From the NCBI GenBank assembly GCA_036867785.1, contig CP145414.1:124001-188000 (forward strand): DNA of 64,000 bases, read 5' to 3'. The DNA is from Plasmodiophora brassicae (lineage: Eukaryota). Below the pieces are notes generated by a model. That model did not search any database, was not told where the DNA came from, and saw nothing but the letters and a program-made list of their open reading frames with translations. Both the position numbers and the translations under genes were made by a program. The stretch's first letter is position 1; each line of letters begins with the position of its first letter. This document shows positions 23,297 to 35,471 of this stretch, piece by piece.

Positions 23297-24343
23297 CTAC
23301 GCGGCTCTTGCCGTTCGGTGTCGAAACACGGACGGCAGGTTCGCCAGGTAGCAACTCTGCTGCACGTGCCGGCGCGCATTGTCCACGAGCTCGAGGGCGT
23401 CCTCGTACCGCTCCTGCAGGAGCGCGAGGTGAACCACCAGCACCTTCAGCAGGTCCAGGTTCGCGCGCGCTGCCGCTAGGTCTGCGTCAACGGCGGCCAT
23501 GTTGATCATCGTGGGCAACGTCGGCAGGCGCCGGCGCGCGTCTGCCAGTATATCAGTGGTCGCTAACATCCGACGCCTGGACAGGATCATGGCCTGCGAA
23601 AACAATTCGTGGATGATGACGCGATCGGCGCCCATCTGTACGAGCATGGTCCTGGTCGCCGCAATCTGTCGAAGGCTGATCGTCATGGCGTCGGCCAGGT
23701 CGCCCATGGACACGCGCGTCACGTTCCAGAAGCGGCGCGCGGGCAGGTGGACAAAGGTCCTATCGCGTATGGCGAAGATGTTGGGGCGATGCCCGACCGG
23801 CCGCTGGATGCGAAGGACGGACATGAGCCGACGCGTCAGGGCGGCAGCGCCACGATTCCAGGCGAAATTCCGGAGAACGCATCCGGTGGCGTTGGCGGTC
23901 CGGCGGATCAGCGTCTCCATCACCTGGACCGACTGCTGGTACGACGCCAGGCACATGGACAACCCGCGCTCGAAGTTGCCGAAGACGGACTCGAAACCGG
24001 GCGGATCCGCATCATGGCGTGCGGGCGATGTCGTCGTGTCGGGCGCGTCGGATGGCAGGCGAATATGTAATGGGTCACCAAAGAAGATGCTGCCGGCACT
24101 GACGATGAGGCGTTCCGCTTCGCGCAGCAACAATCGTGCGTCCTCCAAATGCACAATCGCTTCGGCTACGTGGACTCGAGTCTCAGCTGGTCCGTCGACG
24201 TCGCGCCTGTGAACGCACAACCCCTGCTGAGTCGTGCCCCGTCGTTTGCCAGAGTAGACCCGCACACGGTACCTAACATTGGTGGCGTCACCGACAACGA
24301 CCAGCACGCCTATCGCGACGATGCTGCGCAGCAACCGCCCCAT
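23297..24343 (-). CDS. Secreted helical hypothetical protein, paralog A (66-nt intron 24207-24272)
   Basis: Leader MGRLLRSIVAIGVLVVVGDA. Colinear homology with 24827-25923, including the intron position. Confidence 0.75.
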   Translation of the reverse strand: MGRLLRSIVAIGVLVVVGDATNVRYRVRVYSGKRRGTTQQGLCVHRRDVDGPAETRVHVAEAIVHLEDARLLLREAERLIVSAGSIFFGDPLHIRLPSDAPDTTTSPARHDADPPGFESVFGNFERGLSMCLASYQQSVQVMETLIRRTANATGCVLRNFAWNRGAAALTRRLMSVLRIQRPVGHRPNIFAIRDRTFVHLPARRFWNVTRVSMGDLADAMTISLRQIAATRTMLVQMGADRVIIHELFSQAMILSRRRMLATTDILADARRRLPTLPTMINMAAVDADLAAARANLDLLKVLVVHLALLQERYEDALELVDNARRHVQQSCYLANLPSVFRHRTARAA

Positions 24344-24826
24344 TGGTCTGGCCAGCGTCGGGCAACGAGCCAAAATGCCGCACGGTGGAACAACTGTGCG
24401 ACTTCCCCGAGCCGCGGCTGTACGGTCGCCCGAAATAGCGGCGGCGATTTTGCCGCAAATCACTGGACGCCAACCACCTCGTTGATCCTTGCAGAGTGAA
24501 GCGCTTCTGTATGTGGTAGGGCTGTCATCGGTTCGAGAGCGTCGTCCAACCAGTAGCCCAACGGGCCTCTGGTGTAGAGGACCTTCGTGCGCAAACATTC
24601 ATGCCCGACGCTCCCATAGGTTTGTACACAATTAGGATGGTTACAGGCACATCGCGAGCCCGTTGTGTTCATCGTATGTGGCCCGCGGCTACTAGCGCGG
24701 CATACGACTACAGTACTGAATACCATACGCATTCCAATGGTCCATCTGAAATCAGCAATGTAGCGATCCAGCAGATGATGATGCCGACGGTTAATTGATC
24801 ACTGGGACAATCGAGTTGGCTCGGCG

Positions 24827-25923
24827 CTAGGCCGCTCTTGCTGTGTCGGTTTGGAGCAGCAGGTGCAGATTAGTCTGGTAGCGACTCTGATGCAGATAAA
24901 TGACGGCGTTGTCCAGGTGCTTGAGGGCGGCCTTGTATCGTTCCTTCATGTGAGTGACCCGATCGACCAGTAGCTCAAACTGATGAGCACTGGCGCGAAC
25001 AGACGCAATGTCCTTCTCGACGACCGGTATATTTTCGCCGGATAGCGTCGACGTCAACTGCCCCAGCAGGTTCACCAACAACGTCATGCTCGTTATCAGA
25101 CGGCGCTTGGATAGCGCCAGAGCCTCGTAAAACAGGTCCATCACGACAACGCGGTCGGCATTCATTTGTATCACCATTGACCTTGTCGCCGCAATCTGAC
25201 CCCGGGTCACAGTTATCGCATTGACAAGGTCCTCGACGGGCACTTGAGTCACATTCCAGAAGCGTCGCACGGGCAGGTCGACAAAGTTCGCATCGCGCAT
25301 GGCGAATATGTTTGGCGGGCGGTGAGAGTCGACGGTCCGGGTCCTTACTGTGCCGGTGCGCATGATGGATGCAAGCCGGTCCACCAAGACGACAGTGGAA
25401 TTGCGTCGAACTGTGGCCCCGCGGTTTGGGCTACCGCATTGGATATGATTGTCGATCGTTGAAAAGATGCAGCAGATCAGCCTCTCCAAAGTGTCAACCG
25501 ACGTCAGGTGCGACAGCAGACCGGTAACCAGGCCTCGCTCGAATGTGCGGAAGACGGCTTCGAACGTGGGCGGGTTTGCATAGGGGCATACCGACGGTGA
25601 TCGCGTGCTTTCGCCCGTACCGGAGGGTCGGCGAATCTGACGTAGAGTATGCCCAGGAAAGGACCTCGCCATATCCGTAATGATGCGTTCAGCTGTGGAC
25701 AGTGATGATCGCGCTTCCTCTAAGCGCACGATCGCGTCCGATACATGCGTCCGATTGTCGGCAGGACCTTCATTTGGTCTGGGATCGTCCAGCCTGGCAT
25801 AATCCACTGGTCAGGTCCGCTCGTATGACGATACTGATAACGCTACCTGTCAGCATTGCACTGGGCAGCGCCACAGACGACAGCCAGCAGGCCAACCGCG
25901 ATCACACTCCTCAAGCGCCTCAT
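24827..25923 (-). CDS. Secreted helical hypothetical protein, paralog B (53-nt intron 25794-25846)
   Basis: Leader MRRLRSVIAVGLLAVVCGAAQC. Splicing joins it to LDDPRPNEGP. Shares PNIFAxRD..FVxLPxRRFWNVT and the terminal TARAA with paralog A. Confidence 0.75.
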
Positions 25924-26458
25924 TTGGCCAGTGAAGCACGGCGCCGGAAAGTGCGGGGAGAACTGCGTGCCTGCGGCAGCAGTCGCAAGCTCGCAGCGCA
26001 AGTGCGCGACTGCGCTCCCACCGGGAATAGCAGCTAGCCCACCTGCCCGATGCCCCGATCCGATCAGCCACACGCGTACGGCGAGTAGGTGGCATTGCTC
26101 CTGGTGTTGAGTTTCTGGGACGTGCCTTTCTTTGCCGGTCAAACGTATACGTAACGGGCGCACCGCGACAGCTGGCCGCTACTTCGCCTTCTGTCGGGAC
26201 CCCTCAACAAGAGGTCGAGGCGTTTGTGCATGCGGTCCCACGCCTGCAGATACGTCTGACGAACGAGTTGTTAGTTATTCCCGTTCTAGGCGGCGATCGT
26301 CGACGTCTCATCAGAGGGCACCGATGACTGAGGTGGTACACAGCGGCAGTTCTATGAGGTGTGGGAGTGGACGAACCATTCCGTGGTAAAGAACGTTGCG
26401 ACGAGTTCGCGCTGGGGGCAATCTCGGAATCTACGATGCGTTTCCCTCGATGGTCCAT

Positions 26459-29176
26459 TTATTTCGTGGTGGTCGATAACCCAGGCTTGCTGGCGGTGGA
26501 TAATCCTCGTTTCGTCGAGATGGCGTCGAAGGTGGGGCGAACCTTGACGCTGGCCGGGGATCTCGAATCCATGACAACTTTGAGCTCGGCGGGCGTCATG
26601 GTTGCGATCAGGTAGAACTTGTAGCTGAACAGTGTACCCAGCGTGCACAACACGATGACGACGACGGCAACAGAGCGAGCAACCAGTTGGATACTCGGGT
26701 TATCAGTCAGCAACAGAAGCACGGGCAGAATCAGGACCTATTCGCCATTCCGTCAGACCCATATACGTTACGCTGAAGGTTCGTCGCTGGACCAATGCGA
26801 GGAAGATGTTGTACGCGCACATGCACCTGTTCGACAAAGTGATGTTAGCGCCCCGCAAAGTACTCGGGGACCGGCCATCGATCATCTGGACCGACATGTA
26901 TTTCGTCTCGTTGTACATGAGCATGGGGATGTCGCGGGAACGGAACGCCATGATGGTACCCGCAATGACGATGGCAAAGTTGAAGGCGGCGACCAGCCAG
27001 AATCCCGTCGGCGAGTACCGGCAGCTGTAGACGTAATCGAGGTCAGCGCCACAAGGGCACCCTGACTCTCGGAACACTTTCTGCACAATCGCCATGCCGG
27101 TAACCGTTTCCTGGGAAAACATCCAAGCCCCGATGGCAATCGCTTCCAGCCCAACAAGTACTGAGAGGCGCTTGAAGACATCGGCATTGGTGATGGTCAC
27201 GGCCCGCATGGCGCCGTTTGCGCCTGATACCGCCGCAAAGATCTGGGCCACCCTGTGCTGCTTGACGTACAGTGCACCCTGTATGAAGTTGGGGTCGTTA
27301 CGCGACGGGTACCAAGGCATCGGTCACAACATGTGCGATACCATCATGATGATGAAGCCAATGCAGGTCAGCCCAGCATTTGCCCAGCAGATGCCCCGGA
27401 ACAGATTCGGCTTCAGGGTCGCCGTCAGGTTCGACGCCAGGAATATGACGGCGCCAATGCAGATGGTGATACAGAAGATGGGCGACGCGCTCCTGATGAC
27501 AGGGTTGTCCTTGTTGTAGATGAAGGCGGGGATCAGGGCCAGCGATATGGCTACGGCGAGACCCGTCACCGAGTACGCCGTTGCATACGCCCAAGGCTCG
27601 GTGCGCAACTCGTTCAGGCAGCGATCGGGCAGCAGCGACCGGCCGTGCAGCAACAGGACCAGCTGACATTCGATCGTGTTCAGCGCGTCTTGCGGCGATA
27701 TCTCGTACGTCAATGCCTATGGGAGCAGCAGGTGGACTCGTTACTCGCAGCAATGATGGCTCCAGTGGAAATAACCGCACCCGATGAACATTCGTGAAGA
27801 CAATACGAGAGGCGTCGTCGTAGTGGCCAGGGGCCGTTGCGTCTGTAAACCTTTGGGCAAGCGCGGGTCACACACAAGCTCCGGGGGCCTGGTCGATGTT
27901 CAATTGAGATTACCGGAACACGGAATAGTCGTCGGTGATATTCGCATCGCAGATCTGCCAGTGGTTGGGGTCGTAGGGCGCACACAAGCCTTTCCCGCAG
28001 TAGATCGACGTTCGGGACGGCGCCAACCCGAACAGGCGGTACTCGCGTACCTGCTCTTGGTCGGACAGCATGGCCATCAGCACGGCCGCTGCTTCCTGGG
28101 AGCGATTGGAGTACTTGGAGATGCCCAGGTAGTCGTTACCGGCCGTCCCCTTCGATCGCGTCCCGTGGCCGTCGTTCGGCAGCATGGCAATGCCATAGGT
28201 CGCTGCAGTGACGTCGTCCGTCGGGAAATTCATCATTCCCCATTGGCGGGTGAACGCCGCGCCGCCGGCCAGGAACACGGCTATCGACCCGTCTTCGTCC
28301 CAGGACATCACCTGGTCCGTGCTGATGTTCCCAATCCAATGTACCGCCCGCGTCAGTGCTTTCAGCGCGTGCGGGTTGTTGATCGACACCTGATGATGGG
28401 CCCACATTGCATCCGTCAGCCACGTCCGAGACCGACTCGCTGATCGCGCGTGGGCGGTTACCCGGCCATCGGGTTCGATGATGTTCCCGCCGCCATGGGA
28501 GCTGATCAGCTCCAGGAGGTTGCAGGTCAGGCCTTCGTTCAGGGCGTCCCAGGCATAGCCGTAGAACTGTGTGTTGTTCTGCCGTTCGCCCTCCTGGATC
28601 GTACGCGACATCTCCTCGAGCTCGTCCCAGGTCTGGGGCGGCGCCCCGTACCCGTACTTGGCCAGCAGGACCTTGTTGTAGATCAGGAACGCGTTCTGGA
28701 TGTCCCACGGTAGAGCGACGAGGCGGTCGTTGTACCACCCACCCTGCAAGCTGTCGGGATGGAACTGCTGTATGAAATCGACGGGCAGGTGCTCGGTCAG
28801 GTCGGCCAGGTGGTTGGAGAACTCGGCCACCCAGGTCGTGTCCAGCCACGTTACCTGTGGTAGGAACCAGCGCGCTCGTGAGACAATGCATATCGGGGGT
28901 CGCGTCCCACGCGAGCTGTCTTACGTCGACGACGCCCGGCTTGCGAATTTCGGCATACTGCGCCCAGAACGTGTCGCTCCAGGTGGCCAGACCGATCGTG
29001 CTGTCGACATTGATCTTGACGCCAGGCACGAGCCCGGCGATCCGGTCGGCGTACGCCTGTGCGCCGGCGCTGTCGCTTGCGTTCTCGGCTGTCGCCGTCA
29101 TGAACGTCAGCGCGTCGAGCGCGCCACAGGACGACACCAGCGCCGCAGCGACGATGACCACAGCCGCATCCAGCAT
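26459..29176 (-). CDS. Class C GPCR with sugar-binding protein ectodomain, paralog 2, multi-exon
   Basis: Exon-by-exon homology to 20294-23005 (EGLTCN, PPQTWDELEEM, PVIRSASPIF, YNETKYM); introns are diverged. Confidence 0.88.
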
Positions 29177-29877
29177 GACGACGGTCCGCCTGCCGGGGTG
29201 AACCTGGCGCTGGTCAGTTAACGACCGTTCACGCCTATGACTCGCAGGAACACGTATGTAGGCGCCCTCGTAGGGCCCTGGTCATTCGCGGTGGTACGGG
29301 AAGTCATTTCTACCGAGGCACCGAGCGCACAGTCACAGGAAGTGTCCACCACCGCGCGTGCTTCAGTGCCTGGGGCGCTGGCAGCAATGCACACCACCGA
29401 CTGCCGAAGGGACACGTGCAGTACCGGCGCTGCACCGGTCACGGTCGAGCTGGGTGCATCACAGGCTATCCAAGCCTGCCGAGTGTTCTTCGGAACGGTG
29501 GCGCGGTACAGCATATGCACAGTCACCATCTGCAGCACTCCCTGCAGGGCGGCGCCTTTGTTCTAGAGTCCTGCCCGCAGGGTTCGCGAATGCTGGCGGG
29601 TACGTCATACCCTGTACGGCTGCAGTGGCACCATGCGGGGTCTGGTTGTTGAATGCGGCTGAAGATATTATCGATGACCTGACGTCGAGATATTGACACG
29701 GCCTGCTCATTATCATCATGGGCGCGGACGTTCTGCCATGGTGCCCGCCGCCTGGCGACGTCGCTACCGACGACGACGACGACAGGGCAGCGTCGTGGTT
29801 CCATGCGATGGAGAGCGGGGCGCGACGGTATCTACTACCGTGATGCCTGCTGGTCGCGTGCCCATCCATGTCCTTAC

Positions 29878-30698
29878 ATGTCGTCGGTCAGGAGGCGACG
29901 CTCTGTCCTGGCGCTGACCGGCCTGCCCGATGACATCATGTCGTTGGTGTTCGAGCACCTAGAAGGACGCGACCTAGCCCGGATCATGTCGACCTGCCGT
30001 GCCTGGCACGCGCTGTCCACCCGCGTCTACTCGCCTCTCTGGCGGACGCTGTACGTGCACCAGTTCAGCGACGAGTGCCGAGTCGACGTGTTCGACGCGC
30101 GGGACAATGCCAAATGGAGGAACTCGTACCGGCAGAACTGGTGGAAACGTTCGTGGACCGAGATCAAGGCGGCCCGCCAGCAGCAGGACGGTGACCTGCT
30201 GCGGTCCCAGCAGCAGGCGCCGACCAGCATGTCCACGGTCGCGTTCCTGCGCATCATCTTCGTCTGCGGCCTGTCGTCGTTCGTCCTCGTCAACGTCCTC
30301 ATGAACCTGTGGAACATGCAGATGATCGTCGGATGGCACTCGTTCTTTCTCCTGTACGTACGGGCGAGGCGCGCCGCGTGCCAACGCCTCTGACCCCGCA
30401 CAGGTTGCTCTGGCTCATCATGTGCATTGTGCTGATCGCCGCGAGCCGCATCGACGTGACGACGTCGTGGACGCATCTGCTGATGTTCGGCGGGTGCAGC
30501 ACAACGCTGTGCTCCGTCCTGCTGTTCTTCCTGCGGTCGATCCTCGGCCCGGCCATACCCGCGTACATCGTCCTGATCCCCGTCATCAGCTGCGGCGCGT
30601 TCGGCCTCGCCATGATCGCCAGCACGGTCGCCTTCTGCAGAACGCCCTTCGTCCCCGCCTCGTTCCGCGGGTCCCGGGCATGGCTCCTAGAGATATAA
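29878..30698 (+). CDS. F-box protein with C-terminal multipass membrane region (intron 30354-30403)
   Basis: F-box LTGLPDDIMSLVFEHLEGRDLARIMSTCRAW...LWRTLY followed by about four hydrophobic helices. Confidence 0.85.
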
Positions 30699-30899
30699 AC
30701 CGGACGTTCCCCCGCCGAACAGACGAACGAGGAGGGGAAGCCAGGAGGGCCGCCCCACCGACGCGTCGCTGTCGTCAGTCAGCGCCGTGACGGTGTCGTC
30801 GGTCAGCGCCGTGACGGTGTCCGTGGCGGTTACAGTCAACATACGACGACGAGCGTCCCCGAATGCATCGCTTCTGCAGGTAGGTGGCCGACCGACCCG

Positions 30900-33110
30900 A
30901 TGGACGACCTGCCGCCGTCGATCGTGGCGGCGCTGGCGCACCAGACCCGTGTGTCGTTCGTGTCCGACGGCGAGCTGGACGCCGCGGTCGCGCTGTACGG
31001 CCGGGGGCGGCTTCGCCGGGGCGTCGTCGGCGACGACGAGTGCCGCCTGATTGCCGGGCGGCAGCGGCGCGGTCCCGCGGCGACGGCCTACCTGCGCATC
31101 CGCGACATGCTCGTCTACGAGTGGGCGATGGGGGCGAAGAGCGCGCCGCTGCCGCTGGGCAAGGCGTCCAGGCGCATCCCTCCCGACCTACGCGACTACG
31201 TCCCGCCCGTCTACGACTACCTGGCCCTGCACGCGTTCATCAACCCGATCGGTGCGCCGACCGCCACGCCGTCGCCGGTCAGTGTGACACACGCCTGCGC
31301 CTTATACGTCTGTCCCGAATCGTCTGACGGTCGCAGAAGAATCCGTATTCGGTGGTGGTGATCGGGGCCGGCATTGCCGGGCTGGTCTGCGCGCGCCGCC
31401 TGCTGTCGCTGGGGCACCGCGTCCAGGTCGTCGAAGCCAGGGATCGTGGTACGCTCGTCGTCCGGCGGGACGCGACCGGTTTCCTGATTCGTCCCGCAGT
31501 TGGTGGCCGGCTGTGCGCGTCCGACTGGGGCGTCGACCTATCCAGCAACCTGGTCAGCGCCGGCAGCGACCTGTGCACGCTCCTGGACCAGTACGGATTG
31601 GGCGACCGCTGCGTCCCCGTTCAGGGCACGGCGCAGCGCTGGCTTCGTGGCGGGCACGCCCCGCTGATCGAACGCCTGCGGGAGGGCGTTCGCATCCACC
31701 TCGGCAAGGACGTCGCCCGCGTCGTTGCCGTCTCCGATGCCGACAAGGTCGACGTCGTTTCCCGGACAGGCGACAAGTGGACCGCCGACTACGTCATCTG
31801 TACGGCGCCTGTCGGGGTCCTTCAGGAACGGGCCATACAGTTCGATCCGGTACGCCGGATCCGGTTGGTGCCCATTCGCTGCGCGTGACGCCCTGTGTGT
31901 CGTGCAGGACCTGCCCGTCGGGCTCTGGGAGTACACGGACGCGTGTTCCATCGACTGTCGCAACGTGCTCGTCATGGTGTTCACGGCGAACGTGTGGACG
32001 AGCGACGTCGACGTTCTGCCCGTACCGCCCGCGTCCCGATCCCTGTACTCGCAGATGCTGAATGTGGCGCGCGTCGCCGGCGTGCCAGCGATCGTCGCCC
32101 TCACTGACGACGAGCGCGCCGAGCAGGTCGCCGTTGAGGAGCTCCTGAAGATCGCGATGGCGTCTCTGTCGAGCATGTTCCCGTCGGTCAAGATACCGGA
32201 CCCTGTTGAAGTGTTCCGATCGGCCTGGCGAGGTGACCGGTTCTGTCGCGGGGCCATACCGATGGCGCCCGCGACGGACCTGCCCGTTGTACGGCGCGCC
32301 GGCCGTGTACTGTTTGCTGGCGACGCGTTCACGGATGCGCCCGACCTGCTGGGGACGACGTCCGGCGCGATCCATTCCGCGTTGGCAGCTGTTGCCGACC
32401 TGCATGCCGTTCCTGAGGTGCACTTGTAAGTCGTGGGCGCGGTGCGTCTGCGGTGATCGGGCTGACGTGCCCTGCCCTCGCTGGATGCAGTTCTGAGAAG
32501 GCGCTCGACGCTGTCCAAAGTCCCAGACCAGTACTGTCTGATCGCAGGCCCGACAAGGCAGACGACGGCAGCGCCCGCGACGACATGTTCCGGGTCAAGA
32601 CCGATCGCGGGGAGGTGGGTCGAATGCGAGCAGTGTCAACGCCGCCGGTGCTGACGCTGAGCATCGGTTGACCGTCGTCAGGCGCCTGCTCATGACGGTG
32701 AAGGCCGCGGATCTCCCGTCATAGCCGGATACACAAGCAGCCGGTCCGAGCGTGACGACGAGCAAGGGCAGCGGCCGTCGGTCAAGAAAGAGATCGCGGA
32801 GGTCGTGCGGGCGATACTCGGAGACCTCAACCCGGCCCTCGGTAACCCTGGAGCGGGCCAGTGTATGCACGGCCTGTCTAACGCGCGCCCGGCTACAGAT
32901 CGCAAACGGCGCAAGTCGATCCTGAAACGAGCGACAAAGAAGGTGATCGAGCAATGGAAGCTGAAAGGCCGTCCAGCAGATTTCCTCAACGACTACCGGC
33001 GCGGCAAGGTCCGCAGCCTGGTCGAGAAGTACGTTGCGCAGTGGATGATGACGGCGTCGAAGACGGGCGGGGTGTTCGCCGCATCCGATTCCGAGGACGG
33101 CGGCGCGTAA
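30900..33110 (+). CDS. SWIRM + flavin amine oxidase + SRI-like domain (LSD1/LDL-family, divergent), multi-exon
   Basis: SWIRM YLRIRDMLVYEW...VYDYLALHAFIN; FAD VVVIGAGIAGL...EARDR|VGGR; ADYVICTAPVGVLQ; VLFAGD. Splicing keeps the frame through to KSILKRATKKVIEQ...FLNDYRRGKVRSLVEKYV. Confidence 0.85.
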
Positions 33111-33279
33111 CCCTGGTCTTTCTAAAGTATATGATGGCCAAGGCGTGCCCGCACGGCGTATTAGGGCGGCCGCTCATATAGATGGCAGCTGGGAAGTGCG
33201 ACCACGGAGTCCGCGGCGGACCTTGACCACAGGGGGACCGCCCGCATCTGCTCAGTTCCGCCAACCGCCGCTCGCCGTC

Positions 33280-34200
33280 ATGTCGACCGCTCCAATGTAA
33301 GTCTTGTCGGGTGCAGAGCCATCCCGCCATCGTATGGGTCGTCGTCGTTTGCCACTGTGCTGGCTCGCGACGCCCGATATTGAGAGTATCTCTCGAGGAT
33401 TCTCTTCAAATACCGTTCCGGGGGATTCACCCATGTTTCCGTTTCCCTGCGTCCAGGACGATGACTGACGTGCGCGTCTGTCGGACAGTGCCGTGCCGGA
33501 ATCGGTCCTGAAGAAGCGCCAGACGCGTGCCGCGTCGGCCGCGGCTCGCGTCGCCAAGATCACGTCGTACAAGAAGTCGCTCGCCGCCAAGCGCAAGGTC
33601 GTCTTCAAGCGCGCCGAATCGTACATCAAGGAGTACAGGCAGATGGAGCGATCCCAGATCCGCCTTCGTCGCCAAGCCAAGCAGAACAAGAACTTCTACG
33701 TTCCTGAGGAGCCCAAGGTCGCCTTCGTCGTCCGCATCCGCGGTATCAACCGTGTGGCGCCCAAGACCCGCAAGATCCTTCAGCTCCTGCGCCTGAAGCA
33801 GATCCACAACGGCGTCTTCATCAAGATCAACAAGGCGACGCTGACGATGCTGCGCCTGGTCGAGCCGTACATCACGTACGGGTACCCGAACCTGAAGTCG
33901 ATTCGCGAGCTGGTCTACAAGCGCGGCTTCGGCAAGGTCGACCACCAGCGCGTCCCGCTGACGAACAACGGCATCATCGAGAAGGCGCTCGGCAAGTTCA
34001 ACATCGTCTGCATTGAGGACATCATCCACGAGCTGTACACGTGCGGCCCGAACTTCAAGGTCGTCGCCAACTTCCTGTGGCCCTTCAAGCTGTCGTCCCC
34101 GCTGGGCGGCATGACCAAGAAGCGCCTGCACTTCAACGAGGGCGGCGAGGCCGGCAACCGCGAGGAGACGATCAACAGCATGATCCGCGCCATGAACTGA
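33280..34200 (+). CDS. RPL7: 60S ribosomal protein L7 (uL30); exon 1 33280-33296, intron 33297-33488
   Basis: [15 protein letters not shown]...[10 protein letters not shown]...[11 protein letters not shown]...[12 protein letters not shown]...[11 protein letters not shown]. Confidence 0.97.
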
Positions 34201-34261
34201 CCGGCGTGCCTTCCAAATATATTACGTACGGTGTCGGCCTGTCGGTGTCAGAGCGTGTTGT

Positions 34262-35145
34262 TTACTGGAAAGATCCCTTGGAGCACTGGATTATCGCGAC
34301 TGCGGGTTGGACGCTCAGTGCCCCTGCAGGCGTCGTCTCAACGCACGTCCTACCTATGACGCCGAACAGACCGATCGCTGAACCAAAGATTTCCACGATG
34401 AGGATCTTGACGAACATGGACGCCTCCTGAGCGTCGGCGAGGGCGGCCCCGCTGCCCGTGATGCCAACGCAAACCCTGTTCCGACCTCGATCAGCGCTCT
34501 GGACACGACATACGCCGATGGCGCCCGCAGGAGCGTACCCGCAGGCGAGGTTCGCCAGGCCGACGGTCAGGCCCGACCAGAACAGGGAGTACCCGGCGTA
34601 CATGTTGTTCGGCGACACGTACTCGTCCTCCAAGGGCACGTTCATCTTACCGACCATGATGATGGCCATGATGACGCCTGACTCCACTGTTCACCAACGA
34701 CGGCAGCACGTGCCACCCAACGACAACCATGTACCGTATATAGCGGTCGCCTAGACATGCGAGGTTGGTGAAGGCCGGCCGACGAACCCAGGCGATGCCT
34801 ACCTCGCAGAAGATGACGGAGACGAGGTTCTTCGATCGAATTCGGGGCGATTTGACAGCGGCGCCCAGCAGCGAGGATCCAGTTAGCATGATGCCCCTAT
34901 GGATCGCACATTGTTAAACCGCCGCCGTTGCCACAGAGCTGGACCCGATCCCGTGCGTCGCGTACCATCCGGCACCCACAATCGACAGGCCGATGGCGAA
35001 CGCTACGGGGGGCAAATACACATGTCACACAGCAGATCAAGGCATAACAGCGGCAGGGTGCCGGATCACCGATCCCCAGGCCGGCGAACGCGAACGGGTC
35101 GATGTCCTGCAGTAGGCCCAGCCAGGTCGATGCCGGGGCGCTCAT
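34262..35145 (-). CDS. VMA16: V-type H+-ATPase 21 kDa proteolipid subunit c'', multi-exon
   Basis: [52 protein letters not shown]...[20 protein letters not shown]. Confidence 0.95.
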
Positions 35146-35471
35146 GCCGCCCGAAGCCGTCCACGACAGCGCGCGCGCACCCAAAACGGTGTGTACCGCC
35201 GCACACCACGCGCCGGCGTTCGGTCCGGGGGGATGCCCGCCAGCGGACGACGAACGCTGGCTCCCCGGCACGTGTCGCCCAGTGCAGAGTCGCGCGTTGC
35301 CTAGCAGTACTCGCGGCGCGTATCCCCAGGGCCCTGCCGTCCCGATTGATCGACGACTCATCCGCGGGTCAGGCAACATCGCTGTCAGGGCAGCACTGTG
35401 CTGCGGGGGCGCCTTCCTGGCCCACCGCACCATTATCGTATAGTTGGCCTATTTCAGCAGCAGTCGTGAGG

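Noticed and set aside
20294-29176. Bacterial contamination or ABC operon explaining the sugar-binding domains
   Set aside because: Domains are interrupted by spliceosomal introns and fused to 7TM exons; no permease or ATPase genes.
29218-29869. Possible small minus-strand gene between GPCR2 and the F-box gene
   Set aside because: No consistent splice model or recognisable motif.
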